From Candidatus Thorarchaeota archaeon (lineage in GTDB: Archaea; Asgardarchaeota; Thorarchaeia; Thorarchaeales; Thorarchaeaceae): a stretch of DNA of 35,933 nucleotides. The stretch covers positions 1 to 35,933 of the forward strand of contig PRDI01000114.1 in NCBI GenBank assembly GCA_003345595.1, written 5' to 3'. Under the pieces are notes generated by a model. That model ran no database searches. It saw only the letters and a program-made list of their open reading frames with translations, and had not been told where the DNA came from. A program made the translations under genes and the position numbers. Shown piece after piece: positions 17,002-26,950 of the stretch. Numbering within the stretch: position 1 is the first letter of the stretch; each line of letters starts with the position of its first letter.

Positions 17002-17496
17002 ATGGGTAAGATTGTTGACGTTCTGTTGGATGGTTTCAAGCACGAGGCTCAGCAGACGAGAGTTGTCATCGAAACCACCAAAGGTGTGAAGCCTGATCAC
17101 AGACCAGTGAATGGAATGCGAACTCTTAGGGAGTTGTCAAACCATCTTGCGCAGAGCCCACGAATGGACTTGGCCATCCTAGGAGGAGAAATCACCAAGC
17201 CCGAACAGGCTCAGGCAATGGAGAAGGACCTGAATCGTGAATCTGTGGCGGACATTCTGAAGGTCTTTGACGAAGGTGTTGAGCTCGTAGTCAAGCGCCT
17301 AAAGGGAATGACAGACAAGGAAGCCTTGGAACCAAAGCTCAAGCCGTTCTATGAACAGGGGCCTCCAAAGCGATGGGCAGACTACTTGCAGGAAATGGTC
17401 ACTCACATGGCCATGCACAAGATGCAGCTCTGGATGTATCTCAAATCTGCGGGCGTACCCGTGACAATGATGACATACTATGGTGTGAAACACTGA
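17002..17496 (+). CDS. DinB/YfiT-family protein
   Basis: RP...MRTLRELSNHLA and HMAMHKMQLWMYLK form the His triad. GGAGG RBS. Confidence 0.88.
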   Translation: MGKIVDVLLDGFKHEAQQTRVVIETTKGVKPDHRPVNGMRTLRELSNHLAQSPRMDLAILGGEITKPEQAQAMEKDLNRESVADILKVFDEGVELVVKRLKGMTDKEALEPKLKPFYEQGPPKRWADYLQEMVTHMAMHKMQLWMYLKSAGVPVTMMTYYGVKH

Positions 17497-17540
17497 ACCG
17501 TCCGGACCTTCCTTGCGCTAGGAATGCTGGATGAGAGCTA

Positions 17541-18296
17541 TCAACCAGTATCACGAGGAGGCAGCCCTAGATACTCTTGAATGTTGTAGATGTGCTCTCG
17601 TTCATGTTCCAGAAACCGTCTCATCACCTTGTGAGTAGTCCACTTCTCCTCGGGGTGCGCCGTGTACTCCTTTCTCGTGAATACTCTGGCACCCCTCTGT
17701 GGCACAAGCTCTCTCAAGGTCGCCACACATGCTCTCCTGACAACCTCCAGCCTTTGGAAGAGGGGCAGCTGATCGACCGCGTCTTCAGTCATTCCTGCAT
17801 ACCTCTCATACCTTGAATCAGCATCATGGCCCAGCCGGGTGATGTAGAACTCCTCCGCGTTGCACACATGCCTTAGAATGCCCGTGATGTCACGCATCTT
17901 GCCTTCCGGAACGAGTGTCATCTGTTCAGGGCTCAGGTCGCCCACAAGCTGCATTAGGTCCTGTCTGTTGTGACCCATGAAACGAATAATGTCCTCCATC
18001 ATTCGGCCAGTTACTCTCCTGTGATCGTACTTGAAGAGAGCAACTTCGCCGCCAGACTCCCCTAGACCCTCGACACCCAAAATCTCCTGTGCCACATCGA
18101 TAGAGGATTCTGCGAGGACAAGAGGAGTTTCCCCGTGACGCTGCAGCCAGACGCTATGATAACAAAGCTCATCATGGAGCATTCTGAGCAGCGACTGTCT
18201 GTCCTTGGCCCGGGCATGCGTACCCAGCAGGTCGATGAAGCGGCCATACCACAGCCCTGTTGTCCCAGTTTCGATTGCAGTAGGTAACGTAGTCAA
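17541..18296 (-). CDS. DinB-family protein with N-terminal HicB-like alpha/beta domain
   Basis: ILRHVCNAEEFY and RRFLEHEREHIYNI. The N-terminal WYGRFIDLLGTHARAKDRQSLLRML resembles the HicB-like fold. Likely TTG start at 18296. Confidence 0.75.
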   Translation of the reverse strand: MTTLPTAIETGTTGLWYGRFIDLLGTHARAKDRQSLLRMLHDELCYHSVWLQRHGETPLVLAESSIDVAQEILGVEGLGESGGEVALFKYDHRRVTGRMMEDIIRFMGHNRQDLMQLVGDLSPEQMTLVPEGKMRDITGILRHVCNAEEFYITRLGHDADSRYERYAGMTEDAVDQLPLFQRLEVVRRACVATLRELVPQRGARVFTRKEYTAHPEEKWTTHKVMRRFLEHEREHIYNIQEYLGLPPRDTG

Positions 18297-18529
18297 TGTA
18301 CTGCACATCCATTGTGACTGAGCCAATGACATACGGATAACATGGCCCAATAAACTGTATCCATCTTGTGCAGACTGTGACCTCTTCGGTGTCACAATGG
18401 AGTTCGGGGCTGCTAAGGTAGGCCCATTGAACAACCGGTCAATAGTTATTGAGTCGATTCGAAAGTGGTCGAAGAGAACACCTATAAGCATGCTCCAGGG
18501 GATTCCTGCTCCTTACATAACGCACGGGT

Positions 18530-21034
18530 ATGACCCAATACGAGGAACGATCTAGATCCTTGCAACACGAAACAGAGGAGAGCACGCCAAGAACCGGCCT
18601 CACGCGCTCAGAGGCGGCAGAAAGACAGAAACGTTTTGGCCCAAACAGGCTAAGAGAAAAAAAGGGCCGAAGCCCTGTAACCATCTTCGTTTCACAGTTC
18701 AAGAACCCGCTCATCTACATCATCTCAGTTGCCTGCGCAATCTCGATTATCTTGGAGCAATATGATGACGCCATAATCATAGGTCTGGTCATAATCATAG
18801 ACAGCGCACTGGGATTTGCACAAGAGTACAGAGCCGAGAAGACTGTGGCCGCGCTCAGACAGCTTCTGAAACCTACTGCTAGGGTGATTAGAGACGGTGA
18901 AACCGTTGAAATCGAGGCTGCAGAGATTGTCCCTGATGACATCGTAGCAGTCAATCCTGGCGATAGAGTCGCTGCAGATGGGAAACTGATTGAATCTGTC
19001 AGTCTTAGTGTGAACGAGTCTATCCTGACCGGTGAGAGCGAGCCTGTAGTCAAGCACGCTGGTGACATCACATTCATGGGAACAGCCGTCCAGTCCGGCA
19101 GAGGGCTGATCATAGTCACGTCAACTGGGATGGAAACGGAGCTTGGCAAGATAGCAGAGTCGCTGGCTGAGATCAAGGAGAATCCAACGCCCTTGCAGGT
19201 AAGACTTGCGGGCTTTGGCAGGTCTCTGACTTACATGGTCATTGGGATTAGCATCCTAATCTTCGCGACGGGAATCATCTTGGGCATCGGCATCCTAGAG
19301 ATGGTAAGACTTTCGGTCGTTCTCGCGATCGCAGCTATTCCAGAGGGGCTTCCAATTGCAGTCACGATGATACTTGTCATCGGCATGCGTTCCGTTCTTC
19401 GACGCAAGGGACTGGTCAAAAAGCTACTAGCGGTGGAAACACTGGGCTCAGTTACTACGATATGCACGGACAAAACAGGCACCCTGACAGAGGGAATTAT
19501 GCAGGTCGTTCGTACTGACTTCCGGTCAGATGATATGGCGGCCCATGTGATGGCATTGTGCAACGACCTCGCCGACCCTCTAGAGGCCACCCTCTGGGAC
19601 TATGTCAAGACTCTAAACCTAGACCCACACGCCCTGACAAACGAACATGAGCGCCTCTACGAAGTGCCATTCAGTAGCGAAAACAAGTACATGCTGACAG
19701 TAAACAGAATCGACGGATCTGATGTTACTCTTGTCAAAGGGGCCCCAGAGGTCGTCTTGGACTTCTGCAATCCTAGGTCCGAGGAGAGAGAGAAACTGCT
19801 TGCTGACTTCGAGGTGTGGGCCGCTTCAGGATTGAAGCTGCTGGGTCTCGCGTACAAGAACGACACGAACTCAAGAACGTTAACAGGTTTTACTTGGGTC
19901 GGGTTAGTAGGAATACAAGACCCTGTAAGAGCAACTGCGAAGGACGCCATATCTCTCTGCCTCAGAGCTGGAATCAAGACAAAGATGGTCACCGGCGACT
20001 ACAGGGGAACGGCAGAGAAAGTAGCAGTAACACTCGGGTTGGCGATTGAACCCAGACGTGTGCTTGAGGGCAAGGAAATTGAGAAGCTGTCTGATGATCA
20101 ACTGGCTGCAGTCGCACCTGACACCGTCATATTCTGTCGTGTTGCACCTCATCACAAGGCAAGAATCGTCAAGGCACTTCAGAACCGCGGAGAGATCGTG
20201 GCGATGATTGGTGATGGCGTCAACGATGCCCCAGCCCTCAAGAAAGCAGATATCGGTGTGTCTGTGGGAAACGCCACAGACGTGGCTCAGGAGACAGCGA
20301 GTGTGATTCTCTTGGACAGCAACTTCGGAACGCTCGTGAATTCCGTAGAAGAAGGGAGAATCATCTTCGACAACATTCGCAAGGTTGTGGCCTACGTGCT
20401 CTCCAACTCCTTTGCAGAGATCCTCACGATCTTTGGAGCCTTTATTCTGGGTTGGCCAGTTCCCTTGACTGTAGCTCAGATACTCTGGATTCACGTCATA
20501 TGTGATGGCCCATCAGACATCGCACTGGGATTTGAGAGGGCAGAAGAAGGAATCATGGACGAGCCGCCAAGGAGTCTGAAGGAGAGTGTGCTTAACCGGA
20601 ACAGTAGGTTCCTCATCGTGGCAATCAGTTTCACCTCAGCCCTTCTCTGTCTTCTGTTGTTTCGTTACTTCTGGCAAGTGGATGGCGACATCAAACTGGG
20701 CAGAACCGTAGTGTTTGCGGTGCTTGGAGTTCAGGAATTGATCTACATATTCTCCTACCGCAGTCTCCGCAGTTCCATACTGAAGACGAACCATTTCCTA
20801 TCCAATAAGCCGCTTCTTGCATCTGTCGCTCTGGGCATTGGTCAGCAGGCGATAGCCCTCTACGTTCCCTTGCTCAATGGCGTCTTAGGCGTCGTACCGT
20901 TGGACGTGATGGGCTGGGCGATTGTACTGGGTGTTTCGTTTACAATGCTAGCCATCGTAGAAGGAGTCAAGTTTGCGGCTAGGCATAAGGACGCCAATAC
21001 CCATTCCATAGTTCCCTACATGGCACGATTGTGA
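18530..21034 (+). CDS. Cation-transporting P-type ATPase (type II, Ca2+-ATPase-like)
   Basis: TGES, IPEGLP, DKTGTLT, KGAPE, MVTGD, GDGVNDAPALKKADIG. Confidence 0.96.
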   Translation: MTQYEERSRSLQHETEESTPRTGLTRSEAAERQKRFGPNRLREKKGRSPVTIFVSQFKNPLIYIISVACAISIILEQYDDAIIIGLVIIIDSALGFAQEYRAEKTVAALRQLLKPTARVIRDGETVEIEAAEIVPDDIVAVNPGDRVAADGKLIESVSLSVNESILTGESEPVVKHAGDITFMGTAVQSGRGLIIVTSTGMETELGKIAESLAEIKENPTPLQVRLAGFGRSLTYMVIGISILIFATGIILGIGILEMVRLSVVLAIAAIPEGLPIAVTMILVIGMRSVLRRKGLVKKLLAVETLGSVTTICTDKTGTLTEGIMQVVRTDFRSDDMAAHVMALCNDLADPLEATLWDYVKTLNLDPHALTNEHERLYEVPFSSENKYMLTVNRIDGSDVTLVKGAPEVVLDFCNPRSEEREKLLADFEVWAASGLKLLGLAYKNDTNSRTLTGFTWVGLVGIQDPVRATAKDAISLCLRAGIKTKMVTGDYRGTAEKVAVTLGLAIEPRRVLEGKEIEKLSDDQLAAVAPDTVIFCRVAPHHKARIVKALQNRGEIVAMIGDGVNDAPALKKADIGVSVGNATDVAQETASVILLDSNFGTLVNSVEEGRIIFDNIRKVVAYVLSNSFAEILTIFGAFILGWPVPLTVAQILWIHVICDGPSDIALGFERAEEGIMDEPPRSLKESVLNRNSRFLIVAISFTSALLCLLLFRYFWQVDGDIKLGRTVVFAVLGVQELIYIFSYRSLRSSILKTNHFLSNKPLLASVALGIGQQAIALYVPLLNGVLGVVPLDVMGWAIVLGVSFTMLAIVEGVKFAARHKDANTHSIVPYMARL

Positions 21035-21163
21035 GAAGTAAACAGACGAAGCAGTCCAGCCCCATAGGAATCCTAGGGTAGGTTGTCCTATCATTTGCAT
21101 TCAGAACAAGCCCTCCAGCCGCATCAGAGCAGGTTCATCTTCTTCGGGGTCAGCGGTAGCGAG

Positions 21164-21748
21164 TCATATTGTGACCAGTCTACTGGCCTCGGGCTTCCAC
21201 CCAAGCTTCTTAGCTGTCTTGAAGGCCTCGCTGGACTCTCTATGACGTCCCAGTATCCAGAGGAGTAGACGCAGCTTGTTGTAGAGATCGGGGTCCTCGG
21301 GCGATTTTTCTATCTCAGAGCGGATTCCTTTCTCGAGGCGCTCGTAGGTCATCACTTCTTGCTGCCTTTCCGCGAAGGCGGAGTCGAGAACACTGTGAAT
21401 GTACACCCCAGGACGACTGAGGACGTAGTCCATCAACTCAGGGGGTAGCGCCTTCTCAACTTGGTTGAGCGCAGCTCTTGGCGTGTCATTGGCGCGCCAT
21501 AGCTCGCCTTTGACAAGCAGCTGCTCGTAGCCCCCCTGCATAAACGCAAGAAGCTGTGAAAGACCGCTAGTAACGGGGCTTCCATCACCCAAATCTGTCT
21601 TGCAGCAGCTCCACTGGAAGTAGATGACTTCCGAAGCAACCCTGTTGAGCACACTGGGAGTAGGGTCGATTGACTTCAGGTCTGCCAGCAGGTCTCTGAC
21701 TGTGTACTGCTCTCGGGACTGTAGCTGAACCTTCTTCTCGACTGTCAT
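21164..21748 (-). CDS. Hypothetical helical protein with C-terminal TPR-like repeat
   Basis: IEKSPEDPDLYNKLRLLLWILGRHRESSEAFKTAKKLG is TPR-like. Confidence 0.7.
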   Translation of the reverse strand: MTVEKKVQLQSREQYTVRDLLADLKSIDPTPSVLNRVASEVIYFQWSCCKTDLGDGSPVTSGLSQLLAFMQGGYEQLLVKGELWRANDTPRAALNQVEKALPPELMDYVLSRPGVYIHSVLDSAFAERQQEVMTYERLEKGIRSEIEKSPEDPDLYNKLRLLLWILGRHRESSEAFKTAKKLGWKPEASRLVTI

Positions 21749-21852
21749 CCCTTCATACTACGTTGGCCCTTCAAATAAACTCTGTCAGGATGAACAGCTT
21801 GTCGTTTTGTGCAGGGCCAACATCCTCCATGAGCTTGTACGGAGTAACGGCC

Positions 21853-22623
21853 TCAGAGAGGAAGACTCCAGAGCATCCATTCCGGCAGCGCAACAAAGAG
21901 TCGGACGTACACAACAAGTACCAGAACGACTATCGACACCGACATCACCACCCAGTCGCCCTTGTGAAAGCTCAGTCGGTCCATGTAGGTACGCTTTTCG
22001 CATGCACCGAAACCTCTTGATTCCATGCTCTCAGCAATCGAGAGAGCCCTTCGGATGGACACAATAATCAGTGGGACTATGATCGGGATGATGTTCCTGA
22101 TTCGCCTGATGGGATTACCCTTGTCAAGCTCGACCCCCCGGGCTTTCTGAGCATCCATAATGGAGTATGCTTCTTGCGCAAGGGTCGGGACGTACCTCAT
22201 CGCCATGCTCATCGCAAAGGCGAACTCGAACTTGATATGCATCTGGATGAGCGCCTGGGACAACTGATCTGGGTGCACAGTCAGGAAGAAGATCGAGAAT
22301 GATGTCATGAGGGCAACAAGACGGATCGTCAATGCGACTGAATGTGAGAAGGGGTTCGGAACTGGCGAGAGAAGGGTGTTGAAGACCATGATGAAGACCA
22401 ACAGGACTGACAGTCCCTTCATGCTCCGCAACCACCTTTTCATCGACTTGGCTGCTGCTATGATGGGTATGAGGCAAAGAAACGCTATCAGAAGGGGAAT
22501 GATATTCAGGAACATGAGAGATGCAGCGGCGGCCGCCACCGAGAAGAGCATCTTTGACCTTGGGTCCAAACGGTGGATGATTGAGTCCTTGCGAGTGTAC
22601 TGGAAGATCTCCAAGAAACTCAC
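21853..22623 (-). CDS. ecfT: ECF transporter transmembrane component T
   Basis: SIIHRLDPRSK, AMRYVP, AQKARG and MESRGF coupling motifs. Confidence 0.93.
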   Translation of the reverse strand: MSFLEIFQYTRKDSIIHRLDPRSKMLFSVAAAAASLMFLNIIPLLIAFLCLIPIIAAAKSMKRWLRSMKGLSVLLVFIMVFNTLLSPVPNPFSHSVALTIRLVALMTSFSIFFLTVHPDQLSQALIQMHIKFEFAFAMSMAMRYVPTLAQEAYSIMDAQKARGVELDKGNPIRRIRNIIPIIVPLIIVSIRRALSIAESMESRGFGACEKRTYMDRLSFHKGDWVVMSVSIVVLVLVVYVRLFVALPEWMLWSLPL

Positions 22624-23453
22624 GAGTATGTTCCTCCTTCAAGCAGACCCATGATCACTTCTTCTATCTGGGACATGGAAGTGATACGTTCTGGCACTTC
22701 AGGGAAGGATTGGCGTAGGGCCTTAGCGGCAAGTGTGACTTGTGGGTGCGCAAGTGAGCACAACTCAATCACCTTGTCATTGCTCAGCACGGAACTGGTG
22801 GAGCCGTCAGCGACTATTCTCCCATCAGCCATTGCCACAGTCCGTGGAAAATGCTCGATGACAAACTCGATATCGTGGGTGACAACTATCACTGTGCGCT
22901 CCTTCTGGTTCAGGTCGAGCAAGAGCTGTGCCAGTCTGTCCTTCTGCTGAGCATCTTGGCCTATGGTTGGCTCATCAAGAGCAAGAACCCGGGGCTCTGT
23001 AGCCAGAACACAAGCGAGTGCGACACGCTTTCTCTCGCCTCCAGAAAGCGTGAAGGGTGACCGCTCAGCGAAGCCTGTTAGCCCAAGGTGCTCCAGCGTA
23101 CTGGCACATCTATCCTCAATCTCTTCGCTGGTGAATCCCAAGTTCTTGAGACCGAACACTACTTCCTTGTGAACGCTGTCCAAGAAGAGCTGATGATCCG
23201 GCGACTGAAAGACCAGTCCGACAATACGAGCCATCTCAGCTACCGAGAGATTCCTTGTGTCCCTGCCGTCAAGGAACACATGCCCTCTCTGCGGCCGTAG
23301 GAGACCGTTCATGTGCTTTATGAGAGTCGTCTTGCCAGCACCATTAGACCCCATGATTGCGACCCTCTCACCGTCTTCAATCTCCAAGGAAACCCCCCTG
23401 AGCGCTGTATAGAGGCCTTCGTAGCTGTAGTAAACATCATCAAGCTGAATCAT
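22620..23453 (-). CDS. ecfA: ECF transporter ATPase (second A subunit)
   Basis: GSNGAGKTT, VFQSPDHQLF, LSGGERKRVA, LDEPT. ATG at 23453 overlaps the upstream stop. Confidence 0.93.
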   Translation of the reverse strand: MIQLDDVYYSYEGLYTALRGVSLEIEDGERVAIMGSNGAGKTTLIKHMNGLLRPQRGHVFLDGRDTRNLSVAEMARIVGLVFQSPDHQLFLDSVHKEVVFGLKNLGFTSEEIEDRCASTLEHLGLTGFAERSPFTLSGGERKRVALACVLATEPRVLALDEPTIGQDAQQKDRLAQLLLDLNQKERTVIVVTHDIEFVIEHFPRTVAMADGRIVADGSTSSVLSNDKVIELCSLAHPQVTLAAKALRQSFPEVPERITSMSQIEEVIMGLLEGGTYS

Positions 23454-24292
23454 GCCTGTCGGGCCTCCTTCACGAGAGCAGCTAGCTCCTTGCCCGTCAG
23501 TGGCACGCGTCCCAGCGTCACACCCCGTCGTTTCAGTTGTTTGTAGACCTGAGTGGCCTTTGGTATTCCCACGCCAATCTCCTGGCAAAGGTCCTGCACA
23601 AGCACATCACGAGGAGCACCATCAGCCACTATGGAGCCCTTGTCCATCAGAATGAGCCTCGAAGCCTCGTTCGACACCAAATCTAGGCGGTGTTCCACGA
23701 GCAAGACAGTCATTCCCTGTCTGTTGAGGTCTGCAATCAGGTCAAGAATAAGCTGTGCACTCTGTGGATCGAGATTCGATGTTGGTTCGTCGGCAACGAG
23801 AATCTTGGGTCTGAGAGCAAGAGTCGCCGCCATTGCAACGCGTTGCTGCTCCCCGCCTGACATCTCGTGAGGGTGTTTATCCCGTAGAGGCTCCAGCTTC
23901 AGACGGCATATCAGATCCTCGACTCGGAACCGTATCTCCTTGGGCTCTACAGCTAGGTTCTCGGGTCCGAAAGCGATCTCCTTCTCCACATTCAAAGTCA
24001 CAAGCTGGTTGCTTGGGTCTTGGAACACCAGCCCAGCAATCGTAGCCAGCTCGGCGACCTCGCTGTTTCTGGTGTCCTTTGAGTCCACATACACGTGACC
24101 GCCGACATAGCCGCGGTGGAAGTGCGGGACAAGCCCGTTGATTGCGCGGCAGAGTGTGGTCTTGCCACAGCCCGAGGGGCCCGTGACGACAATGTATTCG
24201 CCCGGATCAATCTTCAGATTAATGTGCTTGAGAGCTAGAGAGTCTGCTTCTAGGTACTTGAAACTGAAGTCGACGAACTCTACGAGCGTCAT
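23450..24292 (-). CDS. ecfA: ECF transporter ATPase (first A subunit)
   Basis: GPSGCGKTT, VFQDPSNQL, AFGPEN, MSGGEQQRVA, ADEPTSNLD. Confidence 0.93.
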   Translation of the reverse strand: MTLVEFVDFSFKYLEADSLALKHINLKIDPGEYIVVTGPSGCGKTTLCRAINGLVPHFHRGYVGGHVYVDSKDTRNSEVAELATIAGLVFQDPSNQLVTLNVEKEIAFGPENLAVEPKEIRFRVEDLICRLKLEPLRDKHPHEMSGGEQQRVAMAATLALRPKILVADEPTSNLDPQSAQLILDLIADLNRQGMTVLLVEHRLDLVSNEASRLILMDKGSIVADGAPRDVLVQDLCQEIGVGIPKATQVYKQLKRRGVTLGRVPLTGKELAALVKEARQA

Positions 24293-24310
24293 TGCTCCGC
24301 AGACTCCTCA

Positions 24311-25315
24311 TTATGTCACTTCATCCGTATGTGGGAGTTTCTTTGCTAAGGCATCCCGGATTAGCTCGATGGACACTGCCAGCGCCTTATCGCGGTTTCG
24401 CTTGCCATTCGCACCAGCAGCGTTCGGATGGCCGCCGCCGATACCCTCAATCACCACACCCAGAGGTTCCATCACATCTCTCCCAAGATTGATTCCCGTC
24501 TGCGCATAGAACTCGTTCGTGCTTCTAGAGCTGAGCCTGACAACACCCTTTGAAGGCGACCCTCCAACTATGGCCACATCTGCACCCAGCTCAATGAGTG
24601 ATCGGCATGCGCTTGCCTCGAAGGCCCCGACGCTGGTTGTTACTACAATCCAGTCATCAACGACCTGAATACGCAATCTTGCTGCCGCCTTCAGTCGGGC
24701 GATTCTCTCTGACCGGTCAGGCTTGCTGACAAGTGAGTTTATGACAGTCTGGTAGTCAGCCCCTGCTCTCAATAGCCGCACAGCACAGTCTAGTGTTCCG
24801 CCGGTGGCATAGAAGAACCGCCGAGTGTCGAATACAATCCCTGCGAGCAGTAGGCTGGCTGCAGTCGGACTGACGGAGATGCCGAGTTCGTCGTACAGCT
24901 CAATCACGATTTCGCAGGTCGAAGAAGCGTCGCTCTTGATAATGGGGTGCTCGGACAGCTGAGCGATGTCGGGATTGGGTTCGTGATGGTCAATGACTAC
25001 CGTCTTGGATGGAATGAATTGAAATGACTGCAGTCTCTCCCCGAACTGGAACGTGTTGTTGGCGTCCACAACAACAACCAAGTCATAGTCGCCCTCAATA
25101 GATGCCGAAACCTTGGTCGTGGGTGAGAACTTCTCTAGCACCTGAACAGCAAGCCGACTGACATCGTCACATACGAGGTCAGCATGTCCTTGACGATTCA
25201 ACTGTCCGTACAGCTCAGCAAGTGCGGCCATCGAGCAGATTGCGTCTGGATCAGCGTTTTGATGTCCTAGAAACAGTACACGCGGCGACGACTCAAGAAG
25301 GGATCTAATGGTCAA
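24311..25315 (-). CDS. DHH/DHHA1-family phosphoesterase
   Basis: HQNADPDA, VVVD, IDHHE, GGGHPNAAG. Typical member of the exosome superoperon. Confidence 0.92.
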   Translation of the reverse strand: MTIRSLLESSPRVLFLGHQNADPDAICSMAALAELYGQLNRQGHADLVCDDVSRLAVQVLEKFSPTTKVSASIEGDYDLVVVVDANNTFQFGERLQSFQFIPSKTVVIDHHEPNPDIAQLSEHPIIKSDASSTCEIVIELYDELGISVSPTAASLLLAGIVFDTRRFFYATGGTLDCAVRLLRAGADYQTVINSLVSKPDRSERIARLKAAARLRIQVVDDWIVVTTSVGAFEASACRSLIELGADVAIVGGSPSKGVVRLSSRSTNEFYAQTGINLGRDVMEPLGVVIEGIGGGHPNAAGANGKRNRDKALAVSIELIRDALAKKLPHTDEVT

Positions 25316-25629
25316 ATACCCTTCATCTCCGTGAGCTTCTTCTCAAGCCAGTTTACCGCGTGCTTAGTCGCTTCCTCGGCGAGAGTCTCAAGCGAGTGGC
25401 CTGTTTCGTATTCCTGTTCGAGGCTCAGTTGGACATCTACGTCGAGCTGTGACCCATCGCTCGAAACGTCTAGTACACAGATGACTGACAGCTCAGAGAT
25501 GCTCTTCCTTGGCACGGACTTGAGGACGAATCTACTTATCTCCTCCTCACATTCCTCTGCCAATTGCTCAATGTCAGACTCTGTCAATTCCGGCAGGCCG
25601 ATAGTAAGGACAGGACTCATGTTTCTCAC
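25312..25629 (-). CDS. DUF3194-like protein
   Basis: Small acidic protein (IGLPELTESDIEQLAE...LDVDVQL) in its conserved position after pfdB. Confidence 0.75.
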   Translation of the reverse strand: MRNMSPVLTIGLPELTESDIEQLAEECEEEISRFVLKSVPRKSISELSVICVLDVSSDGSQLDVDVQLSLEQEYETGHSLETLAEEATKHAVNWLEKKLTEMKGI

Positions 25630-25988
25630 TGAAGCCTGATGTTGAGCTTGCCCGCCTCGTCCTGTATCTTTGTCGCAAGCTCCTTGAGTTTCTCCGCTTG
25701 CGTTTCCAGTTTCTTGCTCATTGCAGCGAGTCGCATCTCAAGTGTCTGCCTCCGGTTATCCAGCTCCTCGGTCATCTTGGGCTTGTCTACCCGGAACATC
25801 ACCTGTCCAACAACCTTGTAAGTTTCGACATCGTCTGCTTGCTTACCCAGCTCCTCCAGAGTCATTCTCACTTCACTGAGCTCTGACTGCATGCTCTGAA
25901 CCATTACCTGCATGGTTTCGTGCTCATGCTGCATCTTGTCGAACCGCATGAACTGCTGCTGAAGGGCCGGAGGTATCTCTTGAGTCAT
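25626..25988 (-). CDS. pfdB: Prefoldin beta subunit
   Basis: EIPPALQ, a coiled coil, and the central hairpin ETYKVVGQVMF. Confidence 0.92.
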   Translation of the reverse strand: MTQEIPPALQQQFMRFDKMQHEHETMQVMVQSMQSELSEVRMTLEELGKQADDVETYKVVGQVMFRVDKPKMTEELDNRRQTLEMRLAAMSKKLETQAEKLKELATKIQDEAGKLNIRLQ

Positions 25989-26096
25989 TCTCTTGCCGCT
26001 CCTCTCGGTGTAATAACGGTCTATCTCTGATGCGGCACAGGGGTCGCAACTTAAGCGTTTTCCCCTGTGAGCTTCCCATAGCTGCAACATTGAGGG

Positions 26097-26363
26097 CTAA
26101 TGACCATTGACATATTCAAGTGCCCGCTTGGCACCTGAAATCCAAGCCAAGAACGAGTTCATGGCTGCTCTCAATGCTGTCAAATCCTCAGCAAGAATCT
26201 CAATTACGAGCTTGGAGCCGTCTGCATGGATGGTTGTTGTTGCACGCTCTGAAGGGACAGACTCTGTTTCAGGCTGCAATGCGGAAAAGATTGTCTGAGC
26301 CATGTCGGACGAGCCCATGTCCATCTCAATTACGGTGCGACCACTGACAACCCTAAGGCTCAT
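26097..26363 (-). CDS. pcc1: KEOPS complex subunit Pcc1
   Basis: IFSALQPE...IEILAEDLTALRAAMNSFLAWI. Confidence 0.92.
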   Translation of the reverse strand: MSLRVVSGRTVIEMDMGSSDMAQTIFSALQPETESVPSERATTTIHADGSKLVIEILAEDLTALRAAMNSFLAWISGAKRALEYVNGH

Positions 26364-26925
26364 GGTTGGGATTTCTCCTGACTGAAAAGATCCGTATTCG
26401 CGGACCAATCTCCGTCCCATCATACGCGTGATAGTGCGTCCAGATTAGCTTGCCCCCGACAACATCTTGAAACCTGATTATGGCACGATTCAGGCCGCCC
26501 TCTCCGACCGGGTCCACCTTCTGGGACACGAGCAGTGGCAGCTCCAGCAACTCTGCGACCATTCCAGCAACATCCTGTGCATTGTCAGTAGGCGAAGGGT
26601 TCACTGTGATTCCGAAGACTCCATTGATACGGGGACCCCCCGAAGGTAGGACCTCCCTTCGCAGGACCGCGCTCTCGATAAGAATGGACAGAGCTGAATG
26701 ACCCGCCGGGAATACGAACTGTATCTGTTGAGGATTGCCCCTAGACGTGCCTACAATCAGTGCCGCTCTCGCACCCGACTGGCCGATTCTAGCTGTGAGT
26801 TCTTCGAGGCTCATCCCTCCACGATTGAACCTCTCACTGTCGGGCAGGATTGTCATCAGGTCACGAACAAACGTCCTGACCCGATTAGACGGCCTCCGGG
26901 AGGTTGTGATAAGAAGTGAGGGCAC
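26353..26925 (-). CDS. Brix/Imp4-domain ribosome biogenesis protein
   Basis: LITTSRRPSNRVRTFVRDL, NRGGMSLEEL, GNP, IGPRIRI. Confidence 0.9.
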   Translation of the reverse strand: MPSLLITTSRRPSNRVRTFVRDLMTILPDSERFNRGGMSLEELTARIGQSGARAALIVGTSRGNPQQIQFVFPAGHSALSILIESAVLRREVLPSGGPRINGVFGITVNPSPTDNAQDVAGMVAELLELPLLVSQKVDPVGEGGLNRAIIRFQDVVGGKLIWTHYHAYDGTEIGPRIRIFSVRRNPNHEP

Positions 26926-26950
26926 CTAGAGTCCCTCGCGCAAGAAGCAC

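Noticed and set aside
9084-18296. Idea that hutH/hutU/hutI plus the DinB proteins form an ergothioneine degradation pathway
   Set aside because: HutH retains an MIO-competent xSG tripeptide and the HAL Ser-His pair, HutU and HutI look canonical, and the DinB genes are not in the same operon.
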